DNA of 64,000 nt. Origin: Octopus sinensis (lineage: Eukaryota). The stretch spans positions 1 through 64,000 of the forward strand of contig NW_021834791.1 of NCBI RefSeq assembly GCF_006345805.1, written 5' to 3'. Below the pieces are notes generated by a model. It saw only the letters and a list, made by a program, of their open reading frames with translations. It had not been told where the DNA came from and did not search any database. Position numbers and translations under genes: made by a program. Shown piece after piece: positions 23,830 to 37,548 of this stretch; positions within the stretch are counted from its first letter, which is position 1; every line of letters begins with the position of its first letter.

Positions 23830-24235
23830 TTACCTCAATTAGCTTATGCCATTTGGTTGATAACGAGTGATTTTGCTAGTTTCTTCCAGAAGCCGCTTTT
23901 ATATAATAAGGAACAGCAAATGTTATTAGAATTCCTACAATGGGCTTTTTTTTCCCTTTTCCTTTCTTTCTTTTGTTCTTCTTATCATCGAATCACATCA
24001 TCAATAGATGTTTCTCCATTTTTATTGCATTTTGCCTTTTACTGTTTGAAACTCTGCCTAGCTTTATACAAGAATGCTATGTCAATCAAAGTAAGAACTT
24101 TCTCTCTCAGATCGTTCCACGCCCGGTTAATATTCTAGCGATGCCATCTAAAAAGAAGTACATTAGGAAAAATATCTTTCATCACCTGAAGAGCTTTCGA
24201 AAGGTATTTCTCTGTATCCTGCGTCTATTTGTTTG
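23830..24235 (-). mobile_element. Possible decayed Mutator/MULE transposase fragment
   Basis: Minus frame DTEKYLSKALQVMKDIFPNVLLFRWHR*NINRAW resembles the MULE D...A...A...VFP.....C.WH...N motif; stop codons present. Confidence 0.4.
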
Positions 24236-24601
24236 TGTTTTTTTTATGTCTAAGTACTTACATGTACATGCGCATGCGTATGTCGTTCTCAAATTCTGTG
24301 TGTGTGTGCAGGTGTAGATATGTCTGTGTTGGACCATATTAGTGTCTGTGATTTTAGTAAACAATATAATGTCATGTTTTCAGAGATATTTTATGTACAG
24401 ACATGTGTACAGTTGAATGGGAAACCATATTGTGTGAATGTCAATCTATAAATCCTTACCCCCCCCCACACACATATATATATGCATATATGTATACATA
24501 TATATACATATAAATATGTATGCATATATATGTATATATATATATGTATGTATATATATATAATATATACATATATACATATGTATATATACATATATAT
24601 A

Positions 24602-24687
<86 letters not shown>

Positions 24688-25084
24688 TTAGGCATTTCGC
24701 CATCAGTATAGTTTGTTTTCACGATGGCTGCATATTCAATATCTCTCTGTATGTTTCAATCCCCCTTCTAGGCAAAAATTGAATGGTACTTGCTACAATA
24801 CCATTTCTAAAAGGACCGAACTCATAGATATATTTATAAAGACACATATCGTATGTGGAATTATTCGCTAAATATCTTTACCAAATAATGGTATCGTAGT
24901 TGTTTAGCAATACCATGTTTCCGAGACAGTTGTTGGTTGTTTTTGAAAATTGGTACTTGGTTTCAAATTTTGGGTGCTCGCATAGAAATTCTATCCGTTG
25001 GTTTGGTAACAGCGGTGCAGGGGTGCAAGCGCTTCCCTTAATCTTTTATTGCTGGTGGTGGTTGCTGTTGCTGTTGCTGCTGTT

Positions 25085-25448
25085 GAGCGAACGGTCTTCG
25101 TCCCAGAGCTCGCAAGATGGGAGAAGTCCGAAACGTGGCCCTTTGCTATTCGTAAGACCCACAGAAGAGAAAGCAGGTCAACCCCCGACACCGAGAGCAT
25201 CGACGGATGGATGAATGCGCATCCAGGCTCAGCGGTTGCGTAGGAAATCGGGGACAAGAAATAGGAAGAAAGAATGAGAGAAAGTTGGAGCGAAAGAGTA
25301 CAACAGGGATCGCCACCACCCCTACCAGAGCCTCGTGGAGCTTTAGATGTTTTCGCTCAATAAAGACACACAACGCCCAGTCTGGGAATCGAAACCGCGA
25401 TCCTCCGACCGCGAGTCCGCTGCCCTAACCTTTGGGCCATTGCACCTT
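25085..25448 (-). mobile_element. tRNA-derived SINE, group C-type head with a different 3' body
   Basis: Reverse complement GGTGCAATGGCCCAAAGGTTAGGGCAGCGGACTCGCGG...GGTTTCGATTCC matches the head at 5700. Confidence 0.8.
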
Positions 25449-25610
25449 CGCTGGTGGTGGTGGTGAGGCAATGAAAATGCTTTGAGCTTTCTCCTGAAAA
25501 AACTTCATCAGCAAAACGAACTATCACAGAAATAGTTTTGGACGGATTTGAAACGTTATATTTCCCTTATTGGATTTATCTGATTTAATAGATGTACAAA
25601 TATAATGGCC

Positions 25611-25826
25611 CTTTCTACTATAGGCACAACGCCTGAATTTGTTTTGTGGGGAGGGTATAAGTCGATTGCATCGACCCCAGTGCGTGACTGGTAGTTATTT
25701 AATCGACCCCGAAAAGAAAAAAAAGGCAAAGTCGACCTCGGTGGAGTTAGAACTCAGAACGTAAAGACGGACGAAATGCTGCCAAACATTTTACTCGGCG
25801 TGTTAACGATTCTGGCATCTCGCTGC
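25611..25826 (-). mobile_element. SINE group A
   Basis: Matches the group A consensus in reverse. Confidence 0.88.
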
Positions 25827-25849
25827 GTCAATATAGAAATGTGATAAAG

Positions 25850-26190
25850 GGTAAAGATCCCCGCATCTTCAGTCATGAATGACCATGGGATTGTACCTAG
25901 AATGTTCTCCCTCGAGGTACAAGTCCGATTGTTTCTGGAAGACCAGCAGTCACCCGTGCGTACTAGCCATCCCCTCTCTACACCACTGATGTTATCCAAG
26001 GGAATAGCAAAGGGGCCAATACAGCTTGGCACCAGTGATGTTGCAACTCATTTCTACGGCTGAGTGAACTGGAACAACATGAAACAAAGTGTCTTGTTCA
26101 AGAACACAGCACACAGCCAGGTCTGGGAATCGAACTCACTACCTCATGATTGTGAGCCCGACGCTTCTAACCACTGAATCATACGACTTC
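25850..26190 (-). mobile_element. tRNA-derived SINE (group C-related)
   Basis: Homologous to 45735-46090 (GAATGACCATGGGATTG.ACCTAGAA...CTGAGTGAACTGGAACAAC.TGAAA.AAAGT). Confidence 0.85.
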
Positions 26191-26208
26191 ACACCACAAC
26201 AACAGCAA

Positions 26209-26254
<46 letters not shown>

Positions 26255-26365
26255 GAGCACGCAGAGAGTGCAAACCTCCACCAAGGCAACACCAACATCC
26301 TCTCAACGATTGCCCAGAGATGATTTTTTAAAAATGAGAATATCTGAAATAAACTCGACTAGATT

Positions 26366-26940
26366 AGATCGACCCCATTTTGCAACTGGTACTTAATTTA
26401 TCGATTCCGAAAGGATGAAGGACAAAGTCGACCTCGGCGGAATTCGAACTCGGAAGATAAAGACAGGCGAAATACCTATTTCTTTGCTACCCACACGGGG
26501 CTAAACACAGAGAGGCCAAGCAAGGACAGACAAACGGATTGAGTCGATTACATCGACCCCAGTGCGTAACTGGTACTTATTTAATCGACCCCGAAAGTAT
26601 GAAAGGCAAAGTCGACCTCGGCGGAATTTGAACTCAGAACGTAGCGGCAGACAAAATACTGCTAAGCATTTCGCCCGGTGTGCTAACGTTTCTGCCTGCT
26701 CGAGGCCTTCCCCCAAATATTATTTTCTACACTACACACAAGGTCCGAAATTTTAGGGAAGGGGGCCAGTCGATTAGATCAACCCCAGTACGATTAGATC
26801 AACTAGTACTTAATTTATCGACCCCGAAAGGATAAAAGGCAAAGTCGACCTCGACGGAATATGAACTCAGAACGTAACGGCAGACGAAATACGGCTACGC
26901 ATTTCGCCCGGCGTGCTAACGTTTCTGCCAGGTCGCCGAG
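26366..26940 (-). mobile_element. Cluster of three group A SINE copies
   Basis: AAAGTCGACCTCG.CGGAAT recurs at about 26425, 26608 and 26841. Confidence 0.9.
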
Positions 26941-27189
26941 TTGCTGTAATCTTAATACTGTAAAGAAGATAATTGGTAATCAATCCACAGCTACAAGATC
27001 TGACAAAAACCGATTAAAACGAACATCACGTGACATTGCACCTGAATGTACATTAGTCAAAGTATGAGTTATAAATCTCGTAATATTACTGATTAGCTGG
27101 GACAACGTTAATTAGCGATAGGCTACGCAAAAAAATTGAAAATCTTAATAGAAGAAAAAATTCTCTTATGACATTTTAAGATTTAGCGA

Positions 27190-27575
27190 TCAAGGCACTA
27201 TTTCCATTAAATAAGAGAAAGCTAACGCAGAAAGATACAATGATATCAATGCCGAGGCTAAATTCGTCGCTAAACGTCGTAATATCGACGATAGATTAGA
27301 ATGTTTAGCTAAAGGAGAAGCTTTCATTACCTTAAAAGACCATAAACCTAATTTTCATAATGAACCAACTTATTGATTGTTAAACCCAGCGAGGTCTGAA
27401 ATTGGGATAGTAACTAAAAAAAAAAAATACTAAGGACCCTTAATAATAAAATTAGAAAGCACACTGGGCTTCGACGATGGAATGATAGTTTAATTGTAAT
27501 AGATTGGTTCAAGAACATTAAAAATAAGAATATGGCTAGATTTACTGACTTTGACATTGTAGGTTTTTATCTCTT
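27190..27575 (+). mobile_element. Decayed PLE RT N-terminal fragment (Naiad-like lineage, inferred)
   Basis: YNDINAEAKFVAKRRNIDDRLECLAKGEAFITLKDHKPNFHNEPTY*LLNPARSEIGIV...WNDSLIVIDWFKNIKNKNMARFTDFDIVGFY, matching the AFITLKDHK..F...RLINPAKSE...FDI..FYPSI pattern of invertebrate PLE RTs. Confidence 0.8.
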
Positions 27576-27579
27576 CATA

Positions 27580-27986
27580 CCAGTTGACCATGTCCCTTGG
27601 TGGCTGACGATATGTGCATCTCTGATCACGAGCAGAAGTAGTGGGGGAGCATCATAGCCATGTATTGAGAGGGATTCTTGGAGGTTTGGATAATTCACCT
27701 CTGGAAACATGGGTGCTTGGTTCAACATCCTTAACCCTTATTCAGAGACCTTTTGAGCGGGATGGGTTACTTGAGCTGCAGAAAATTCTAACTGGGCCTC
27801 ACCTGCAAGGTCATGTGCTGTTTATCTTGATATGGGATCACCATGTCGCGTACATATCGTTGTGTTGCACATATGGCTGTGATGCCTGTGCCTAGTGTAC
27901 CCTTATTAGACGGGTAGTCATGATGTGTACACTGGGCTTCGTATATTTTACCCCATTGTCACTTTGCTGGCACGCACTGCTCTCTC
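27580..27986 (+). mobile_element. Longer (about 400 bp) copy of the (AAT)n-tailed retroposon
   Basis: Last 100 bp match 3847-3940 and 10218-10319; followed by (AAT)n. Confidence 0.75.
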
Positions 27987-28066
<80 letters not shown>

Positions 28067-28120
28067 GATAATAATAGGCCTAGCGGCTCTAAAGATAAGT
28101 CAATATATAACCCCCTCTAA

Positions 28121-28332
28121 GGCGGCGAGCTGGCAGTAAGTCGGGCGAAATGTTTAGCGCTATTTCGTCTGTCTTTACGTTCTGAGTTCAAATTCCGTCT
28201 ACCAAATCTACTCACAAAGCTTTGGTCGGCCCGAGGCTATAGTAGGAAACACTTGCCCAAGGTGCCACCGACTGGGACTGAACCCGGAACCATGTGGCTC
28301 GCAAGCAATCTTCTTACCACACAGCCACTCCT
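28121..28332. mobile_element. Group A head (+) fused to a group B head (-)
   Basis: GGCGGCGAGCTGGCAG...GAGTTCAAATTCCG runs directly into TCTACCAAATCTACTCACAAAGCTTTGGTCGGCCCGAGG. Confidence 0.8.
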
Positions 28333-28394
28333 GCAGATATATAAAACTTCATTTAGAAACTTCCTACAGGTTCTTTCTCAACTGTTCTTCCCCT

Positions 28395-28814
28395 TTCTTC
28401 TTCTTCTTCTTCTTCTTCTTCTTTCTCCTTCTTCTCTTCTTCTTCTTCCCCTTCTTCTTCTTCCCCTTCTTCTTCTTTTTCTTCTTCTCCTTCTTCTTCT
28501 CTTCTTCTTCTTCTCCTCCTCCTCCTTCTTTTTCTTTTTCTTTTTCTTTTTCTTTTTCTTTTTCTTCTTCTTTTTCTTCTTCTTCTTTCTTCTTCTTCTT
28601 CTTTCTCCTTCTCCTCCTCCTCCTCCTCTTTCTTCTTTTTCTTTTTCTTCTTTTTTCTTCTTCTTCTTCTTCTTCTTCTTCTCCTCCTCCTCTTCCTCCT
28701 CCTTCTTCTTTTTCTTTTTCTTCTTCTTCTTCTTCTTCTTCTTCTTCTTTCTATCTTCTACCGTCTTTATTTTTATTGTATTTTGTTCTCTTCTATGTAT
28801 CTTTCTTTCTTTCT

Positions 28815-28849
<35 letters not shown>

Positions 28850-29930
28850 CTCTCTCTCTCTCAACACTCGTACTTCTACTTCTTCCTCGTCCATTCTTCG
28901 CCATCTCTCTCCTAGCTTCCCTTTCTTACCATAGTGTTTTCCCCTCTTATAATAATAATCATCAGCATCGTCATCATCATCATCAGCATCGTCGTCATCA
29001 TCATCAGCATCGTCGTCATCATCATCAGCATCGTCATCATCATCATCATCATCATCATCATTTCCATCAGCTGCAGTAGCAACGGTAGCAGCAACAGCAG
29101 CAGCTACACCGCCACCACAACCGCCGCAACCAGGACCACCACCACCATCACAAACAAGCCACCACCACCACCGCCACAATCAGCAAAACCACCGCTACTA
29201 GAACCAACACCGCCACCACAACCATCACCCCCACAACCACCAGAACCACCACCACAACCACTACCGACATCGGTGCCACCACTACGTTCAGCTGAACCAC
29301 CGCTACCAAAACTAACACCGCTACTATAACCATCACCACCACCACCATCACTATCACCACCCCACCCCAACCACACCACAACCACCCCATCACCACAACC
29401 ATCACCACCACCACCACCACCACTCCCATCATCACCACCACCACTACCATCACCACCACTACCGCCACTATCTCCACCCCGCCCCCACCACACCCCACCC
29501 ACCCCACCACCACAACCATCACCACCACCACCATCACTCCCATCATCACCACCACTACTACCATCACCACCACTATCACCACCCCACCCCCACCACAACC
29601 ATCACCACCACCACAACCATCACCACCACCTCCACCACTACCTCCACCACCACCTCCACCACCACCTCCACCACCACCACTACCATCACCACCACTACCA
29701 CCACCACCCACCACCCCAACCATCACCACCATCACCAGTACCATCACCACTACCACCACCAACACCACTACCATCACCACCACAACCACCACCACCACTA
29801 CCCCCACCACCCCCACCACCACCACAACCATCACCACCACCACCACCACCACCACTACCATCACCACAACACCCCGCAACCGCCCCACCACTACCACCAC
29901 CACCACACCACAACATACCACCACCATCAC
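28395..29930. repeat. (CTT)n, (CTTT)n, (CAT)n and (ACC)n low-complexity block
   Basis: Visible directly; gives poly-F/L/P/G/V ORFs. Confidence 0.95.
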
Positions 29931-30755
29931 CATGTTTTTGTTATTTCTCCACTCTTCACTCACCTGTACTTATATAGTTTTTGTCGTCTTCCATTTTGTT
30001 TTCTCACCTACTTCGTTTTTTTTTGTTCTATTCACAATTTTGTTGAGATTTTTTTCGTTGTTTTCCCTTTCTTTTTCTTTTTTCCTCTAGTTTTTCTTCT
30101 TTCTCGTCCTTTTTTTTGGATTTGTCTTTCTTTTCGTCTCCTTACGTTGACTTTCTCTTCTCGTGTTACACATTCAATTCTATATATATATAAACGTGTG
30201 TGTTTGTATGTTTGTCTGTATGTGTGTATGTGAGAGAGAGAGTGTATGTGTGTGTGTGTGTGCTTTGTCTTATCTGATCTTTTATTTTTAACCATCATCA
30301 TTATCATCATCATCATCAGCGTCATCGCCACCACCACAACCACCATCACCACCACCACCACCACCATCAACACTTTCCAACGCCACCATCATCAATAAAA
30401 TAATATCATCGTCGTCGTCGTTGTCGTCGTCACCATCATCATCATCAACACAACCACCACCACCACCACCACCACTACCACCATCTTCATCCTAGTTTCT
30501 CTCTTCGTCATAATCATCATCATCGTCACCATCATGACAGTCCACTTCATTTGCGAGATACAGTAATTGTTGCTATTTAATAATGGCGACTGACAAGATT
30601 TTCGTCAAAAAATTCCTGAAGACATAAGCTGCGATGCTTAAATGTCGCAGAGAAATGGGAAGAATTCTGTCTAGGGAAGAGATTTTTAAAAATGTGATTA
30701 TTGCATCAAAATTCAAACCAAACGCGCGCAAAATAGGAAAACAACCCTCAGAGAC

Positions 30756-31170
30756 GCAGAAGTGGCTGTGGTAAGTATCTTACTTACCAACCACATAGCT
30801 CCGGGTTCAGTCTCACTGCTTGGCACCTTGGGCAAGTGCCTTCTACTATGGCCTAGGGCGGAACAAAGCCTTGTGGGTGGATTTGGTAGACAGAAACAGA
30901 AACTGAAAGGGGCCCGTCGTATGTATATATATGCATGTATGTGTGTGAGTGTTTGTGTGTGTGTATGTGTCTATGTTTGTCTCTACACCATCGCTTGACA
31001 ACCGATGCTGGTGTGTTTACGTCAGTTCGGCAAAAGACACCGATAGATTGGTAACTAGGCTTACAAAGAATAAGTCCTGGGGGTCGATTTGTTCGACTCA
31101 AGGCAATGCTCCAGCATGGCCACAGTCAAAATGACTGAAAAAAGTAAAAGAATAAAAGAATAAAAGAATG
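30756..31170 (+). mobile_element. SINE group B, full length
   Basis: Homologous to 17775-18172. Confidence 0.88.
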
Positions 31171-31204
31171 CAAAAAGGAATTGTTCACGCTGTCCGAAAG
31201 ATGC

Positions 31205-31600
31205 TAAACATTTTGTCTAGAGGTCTAGAGTTCAAATGCTGCTAAGATCGACTCAGCCTCTCATTCTTTCGGGGGTCGATGAAATAAATACCAGTTGCAT
31301 ACCTGGGTCGATGCAATCACTTTACTCCCTACCCCTTCAAAATTTCAAGGTTTGTACCTATAACAAAAATTATTATTGTGCTTTCAAAGGCGGCGAACTG
31401 GCGGAATCGTTAGTACGTCGGACAAAATGCATTTTATTTATTTTTTTTACATTTCTTCTGTCTTTTTCTGTTCTGAGTTCAAATGCAACCAAGGTCGACT
31501 GTTCCTCTCATCCTTTCAGGGTCGATGAAATAAGCACTAGTTGGGTACGTACCTGGGGTCAATGCAAAATTTGAAACCATTATTGACTCTTTAAACAATT
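31205..31600 (+). mobile_element. Two group A SINE copies
   Basis: GAGTTCAAATG...TCGA...CTTTC.GGGTCGATGAAATAA occurs twice; GGCGGCGAACTGGCGGAATCG head at about 31389. Confidence 0.85.
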
Positions 31601-32859
31601 TTACGCAAGCTTCCCATTGCACCATCAGCTGCACTGTCCTTGCTTTCTTGTGGTTTCTGCAGCACTGTGTTTTGACAATGCAGAATTATGTTTGTATGCT
31701 TCATACATTTTGTGTTGCGTTTTTTATTTTGGTTTTTGTGAAATATGTGTGAGGTGTGTGTCGTGTTATTTTGCTTTTCTGTGATGGTTTCTCTTGTTTT
31801 GTTTTTCTTTTATAAACTACTATCTTATATGTCTGGTGGGAGCGTCATTACGCCAATAATAAACACACGCACTGGTTCAACATCACTTCTGTATTGTTAG
31901 TCAAATGTTTAAATATCTAGCCAACTAAGTAATCGATCATTTGTTTCATGCGATCTTGAACCAGTACGTATGCTTATCATTATTGGTGCAATGACCATCC
32001 CACGACATAAAATTTGTTTCAATACACGAATTCACATCAAGAATCTTGCAAACCAAATACAAAAAGGAAGTCTATTTTTATGCTTTATCTCTTACTTGTT
32101 TTTGTCATTTGACTGTAGCTGTGTCGGGGCATCACCTTGATTCTACAAAATATGTATTGTGCAAGCTGTGTTATTTTATTGGGTGGTGTCTGTATAGAGT
32201 ATATGGGAAGTGACTCTTGAAGAGAACGTACCTTAGGGTGGTTTGATATTAAGCTGAAACTGTATAGCGTAAGTTTGCGTGTAATAGGGTCCCTTATAGC
32301 ATTGTGTGTGGAATTGTAATCTTTGATAAGGTTTTCTTTTTTATCCGCGTATTTCTTTATCATTGTCACTGACACAAGTATTAGTAGAACTGATTTTGAC
32401 TTCCTCATTCCATATTTATTTCAGATTCAAAATCCTTCTATTTGAAAGTCTCCCAGTGCTCTTCAAGGCGACGATTAGTACCGAAGAAGAAATGTCATTT
32501 GAAAGTTCAGTGACTCTCATTTCTGTCTTTGATAATTATACCTCAAGGGCTCGTCTTGATCTCTTTGTCAGACTGAACAAGCAAATCTCAAATTATTGAT
32601 TCAGAGTGTTTTCATGTGCAGTGTTTGGTGCGTGTCAATACTACTTATCCACTTTCATGTCACAGGGTTCGTTTATTTCCCAAGAGATTATAGCTGTCGG
32701 CTTGATCGCCTTCATGAATATATTCAGCTACTGCAACGACTAAACATCTTGATATTTATGTAATGACGCGCATCATTGCACCATATGTATAGCCTGCACA
32801 TTTTGCTAACTTCCTGTTTTGTTATATTGTTCTGAAGCAGTTGAGCTCAGACTCAAGTC

Positions 32860-33560
32860 TCGATAACATAAAGCACCATTTAAGTGTTGGAGGTGAAGGG
32901 AACGTACGAGCCTCTCCCCCACCGCCTAAACTACTGGTCTTGCACCTAAACCAGGAACTAGAATCACTGAAAGCGGGAATCTGGCAGAATCGTCAAGGCG
33001 TTAGCGAAATTGCTTTGCTGTAATTTTTTCGGCTCTTTACGGATTGAGTTGAAATCCCACCAGAGTTAATCTTGCCTATCATCCCTTCGATAAAATATAT
33101 TACCAGTCAAGTACTGGTGTGGATGGTCGGGGGTTATCTACCCGACCTCAAAACTACTGCTCTTGTACCTAAATTTTAAAAAAAACATTATTATTTAAAG
33201 CAGTGAAGGGCGGCGAGCTGGCAGAATCGTTGGCACGTCGGACAAAATGCTTAGCGGCATTTCGTCCGTCTTTATGCCCTGAGTTCAAATTCCGCCAAAA
33301 CCGAGTTTGCCTTTTAGCCTTTCGGGGTCGATAGAAATAAGTAACAGTCGCGCACTGGGGATGATGTAATCTACTTTGCCCATCTCCTAGTATTCCCGGC
33401 CTTACGCCAAAATTTGAAACCGTTATTCAAGGCGATAGTTGGCAAAATCGTTCCTTGTGGTATTTCTTCTCGCCTTTTACGGGGTCGATGAAATAAAGTA
33501 TCAGTCAAGTACTGGGAACCGTAAAAATCTACCTTCTTCTCTCCCTTCAAATCTACTGAC
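32860..33560 (+). mobile_element. Cluster of group A SINE copies and fragments
   Basis: GGCGGCGAGCTGGCAGAATCGTTGGCACG at about 33209, with more diverged copies on both sides. Confidence 0.8.
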
Positions 33561-33657
33561 CGCATACCCACGCGAGACTCAGTTATTTTATTCTCATAAT
33601 TATTTGTGACCAGGCACTGATCGTCTGCATTTGAAAATCAGATCTTCTCTTTTTAAC

Positions 33658-33875
33658 CCAGACGATTTGATCTACCGTTAGTCTCTCGAACACTCTGGCT
33701 CATTTGCTCTTTGTCGAGATTAAGCAAAATATTGCCCATGAAGCGATTGCTTTTTGATGCTGGTGTTTTTAAACCAGACGATTTGATCCACTGTTAGTTT
33801 CTCGAACACTCTGGCTCATTTGCTCTTTGTCGAGATTAGCAAAGTATTGCCTATGAAGCGATTGCTTTTTGATGC
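33658..33875 (+). repeat. Local tandem duplication, period 116 bp
   Basis: CCAGACGATTTGATC...GAAGCGATTGCTTTTTGATGC starts at 33658 and again at 33774. Confidence 0.92.
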
Positions 33876-34323
33876 CAATTCAAAACAACACCGACAGCAA
33901 CACCAGCAATACCACTATCAACACCAGTAGCAACAACCCATACTATTGGTAGTTATAAATTATAATCAGACATACGTTTGTTGATAAAAAGAAAATTTTC
34001 ACAATATGGAGAAGAAGAGACAGATGGACTGTGCAAATGAAATGAAATTCGCTTCATATAAACATATTTAGGTTATATTGTTGTCTTACAATGAAAACGG
34101 ACAGGAGTTCAGAGAAAATAAGAGGTTGTTTGTTCAGTTGTTTATCAGCAATATTTTGGTTATCTCATGTGTAGGTTGATATATTCATGTATGTGGTGAT
34201 GAGAAAATTTTTATTGGCTTACACACCTACTCACATATACATAAATATTTCTGAAAGTGGTTGTGTGTGTGTGCGTATGTGTGTTTGAGCATGTATGTAT
34301 ATATGTACATATATACATACAGA

Positions 34324-34358
<35 letters not shown>

Positions 34359-34428
34359 GCATGATATGTACTGGTATATATAGATACATCTATCTCCGTA
34401 TACATACACACACACACACGTATATGTA

Positions 34429-34494
<66 letters not shown>

Positions 34495-34529
34495 GCCAGT
34501 ATAGGCCTAGGCCATGTCTAACTCAATAG

Positions 34530-34860
34530 CACCACCTGGTGAAGTCTTTTAGTCATATATGAGGCACTATGGCCCACGCTAGCAAAGAGTTATTATTGTT
34601 GGAGACATATCCGAGTGTAGGAGGTTGGTCCGCGATTTTTTGAAGAAATTTGTCCAGTGAACTTTTGAATTTTATGGGACCTGTTTCCGTTTTGACGTAT
34701 TTTGGTATGGTATTAAAGAGAGCTGGACCGGTTGAGGTAAAGTAGTTGTGACGTACTGTTGCTATGTGTACCGAGTTGGATTTTTGTAGTGGGCGGATAG
34801 CACGGGGGCCAAGACTGGGATGGATTTTAAAATTGATGCCAACATCATTTGTGCAATATT
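34530..34860 (-). mobile_element. 3' end of a CR1/L2-group LINE ORF2
   Basis: Minus frame HPSLGPRAIRP...RHNYFTSTGPALFNTIPKYVKTETGPIKFKSSLDKFLQKIADQPPTLGYVSNNNNSLLAWA; same family as 50040-50420. Confidence 0.75.
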
Positions 34861-35856
34861 AATGGAATATTTTCCACATCACACAAATGATGTAGCGACA
34901 CACATGCATTTATCGATATACTTGTATGTTTCTTTCGCCGAGTGGCTAAAAAGTTCGCCTTGCAACCTTGATGTCCCGAGTTCAATCTCATTTTGTGACA
35001 CCACAACACGCCAACAAGAGGATTTCTACTCAGTTGCTTATTGTGCTAGAAACATTAACCGATGGAATGAGCAGGAAAGGAGTGTCCTTGTTCTGAACGA
35101 TGTGGGTATATATGGAGTTAAACCACAGTGACGATATCGACATTAGTAAAAAAAAAAAAACAGCAGCCATTATAATAACGAAAACACAAACGACTGTTGC
35201 GAGAAAGACGGCAACAACAATAACAGAAAAACAACAAAAATAACATTAACAATAGCAACAACAAGAGTAACAACAATAATTGCAGTAATGGAAACAACAA
35301 ACAACAACAATAATAACAAAAAAAAAATACGACAAGTGTGACAATACAACAACAAAAATCAGAAATTTTCTATAGCGAGTCTGAAACGTTTGAATAAGTT
35401 TAGATATATCGAATATAATTTAAATGATTAAAAAATAAACAAGTAAAAAAATATATAACCAAGAAAAACCTTGTTTATGATTATTTAATGTCCACTATGT
35501 TAGACAAAAATAACCACTTACTAAAAATATATGTCCAACACAAAGCTTTTGTCGTGATGGCAAATATTTCATTGATTTCAATACCAAAACAAAGAATAAT
35601 AACATTCGACCCCCTTAAGCAGACACAAGTTAATCCATTAGAATAAATATTGCTTCTCTGGTTTCTTAAATTTCTTTTTCCCCCCGAGCAGACATAAAAA
35701 AAAAATTATTTTTCATAGTTGAATATTATTTGTAAATTCCGATAACAATTAAACGAGAGAGTTTTGTAAAATTACTTAAAGTATATTCTTGGGGGTTTAT
35801 GATAGAATAAATAAAAAGATGCAATTTAGATCACTTCATTTATTCAGTTACTTACT

Positions 35857-35923
<67 letters not shown>

Positions 35924-36082
35924 GTTGTTGTTGTTGTTGTTTGTCTAAGGCATATATTTTGGGGATGAAGGTGGAAGCAGAAGAATTTGTACTTGTGCAT
36001 TTTATCTGCAGAAAGCGTGTATGAATGAACACACATACATACACGTAGGGACAGACACACGGTCAAACGCGCGCGCATAAAC

Positions 36083-36164
<82 letters not shown>

Positions 36165-36197
36165 AATAATATATATATAATAATATATATATAAATA

Positions 36198-36242
<45 letters not shown>

Positions 36243-36559
36243 GGAGTGTTAATATGCTTTGCTACCTTCTTTGATATCCCGGTATCTCTCTCCCTTTATA
36301 TATATATTATATATATATATATATGAGGAATAGCCAAGTGGATTCCTATATGCTAGAAGAAGACGCCAATCGTCTTACCACGAAGAATATGTTTTCAAAA
36401 ATTTTAGCAAACGTAATTTTATATATACATGTATATATATATATGTGTGTGTATGTGTGTGTGTATATGTATACACAGTATATTATATACTGTGGGGACA
36501 CACATACACGCACACACATATATATACAATGTGTGTGTGTGTGTGTGTAATGTAATGTT

Positions 36560-37210
36560 CCGTGATAGTACAATCAACACCGTAGATAAATTTAGGAAAC
36601 AACTTGCCTCTACCCTCAGTCAATTCGGTCTTAAAATCACAGTCGCTACTAATCTATCTAAAGTCGACTTTTTTATGTTTCCCTCGACTTCAACTCTTCC
36701 TTTAATAAACTTTACCATAAGCCCAACGAGAAACTTTCCTATGTACACAAAGAGTCTGGTCATCCCAGTTGTAGCTAACATTAGTAACAGAGTATCTAAC
36801 TTCTCTCCCTCTAAAGAAATCTTCGAGAAGCAACCCTTTGCTACAACAATGCCCTAGCCTATAGTTGTTTTAAAAATAACTTAATGTATCATCTTTCTAA
36901 TAACTTTACGAATTATAATAATAGACCAAAAAATAGACCTAAGAGAATAATTTGGTTTGCCCCACTTTTCCCCTTAATGTTAAAACTAACATATGTAAAA
37001 GATTCCTGCCTCTCTTAGACAGATTCCAGAAAATCACAAGCACAGAAAAATATTCAACAAGAATTCAGTTGAATTATTATATAGCTGCTGACCCTATATG
37101 AAGAGCATCTTTACACGCAAACACCACCAAGAGCCTACTCCTCGTTGTAACTGTCGAGACCCAAGCGTCTGTCCACTCGACCAGGGATGCATGATTAAAT
37201 CCGTCATAAG
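36560..37210 (+). mobile_element. Decayed PLE fragment: RT C-terminus, thumb, linker and Cys knuckle (Naiad-like)
   Basis: Frameshifted translation: FGLKITVATNLSKVDF.DVSLD...KPNEKLSYVHKES...RIIWF...NVKTNICKRFL...KIFNKNSVELLYSC*PYM...CNCRDPSVCPLDQGCMIKSVI. Confidence 0.82.
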
Positions 37211-37224
37211 CAATTTGTTCGGCG

Positions 37225-37368
37225 TGCTAATGATTCTGCCAGCTCACCACCTTAATAAGGGTTTCAAATTTTGACACAAGGCCAGCAATTGGGAAAGGGA
37301 GGAAAATCAATTATAGTTACCCAAGTGTTTAATTGGTACTTATTTCATCGACCCTGAAATGATGAAAG
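37225..37368 (-). mobile_element. Rearranged group A SINE fragment
   Basis: GATTCTGCCAGCTCACCACC and GGTACTTATTTCATCGACCC motifs. Confidence 0.7.
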
Positions 37369-37548
37369 GTCTGAAATCACAGTCGTTACTAATCTGTCTA
37401 AAGTCAATTTTTTAGATGTTTCCCTAGACCTCAACTCCTCCTCTTATAAAACTTAACATAAAACCAAGGAGAGACTTTCCTATATACACAAAGAGTCTGG
37501 CCACCCGAACTGTAACGGACGTTAGTAACAGAGTATCTAACTTCTAAC
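37368..37548 (+). mobile_element. Second partial copy of the PLE RT fragment
   Basis: AAATCACAGTCG.TACTAATCT.TCTAAAGTC...AAAGAGTCTGG...TTAGTAACAGAGTATCTAACTTCT repeats about 36634-36805 with divergence. Confidence 0.8.

Noticed and set aside
24186-24210. CTGAAGAGCTTTCGAAAGG
   Set aside because: Only a one-pair stem II and no stem I; it lies antisense within the putative MULE coding remnant.
25115-25145. GGGAGAAGTCCGAAACGT hammerhead-like 3' half
   Set aside because: The CUGANGA core is missing (CGCAAGA) and stem I does not form.
25470-25520. Minus-strand CTGATGA followed by a possible stem
   Set aside because: No GAAA at the right position; at best a heavily decayed motif.
31850-32800. Possible decayed element around ORF 32085-32408
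   Set aside because: No diagnostic RT, endonuclease or transposase motif found in any frame by eye.
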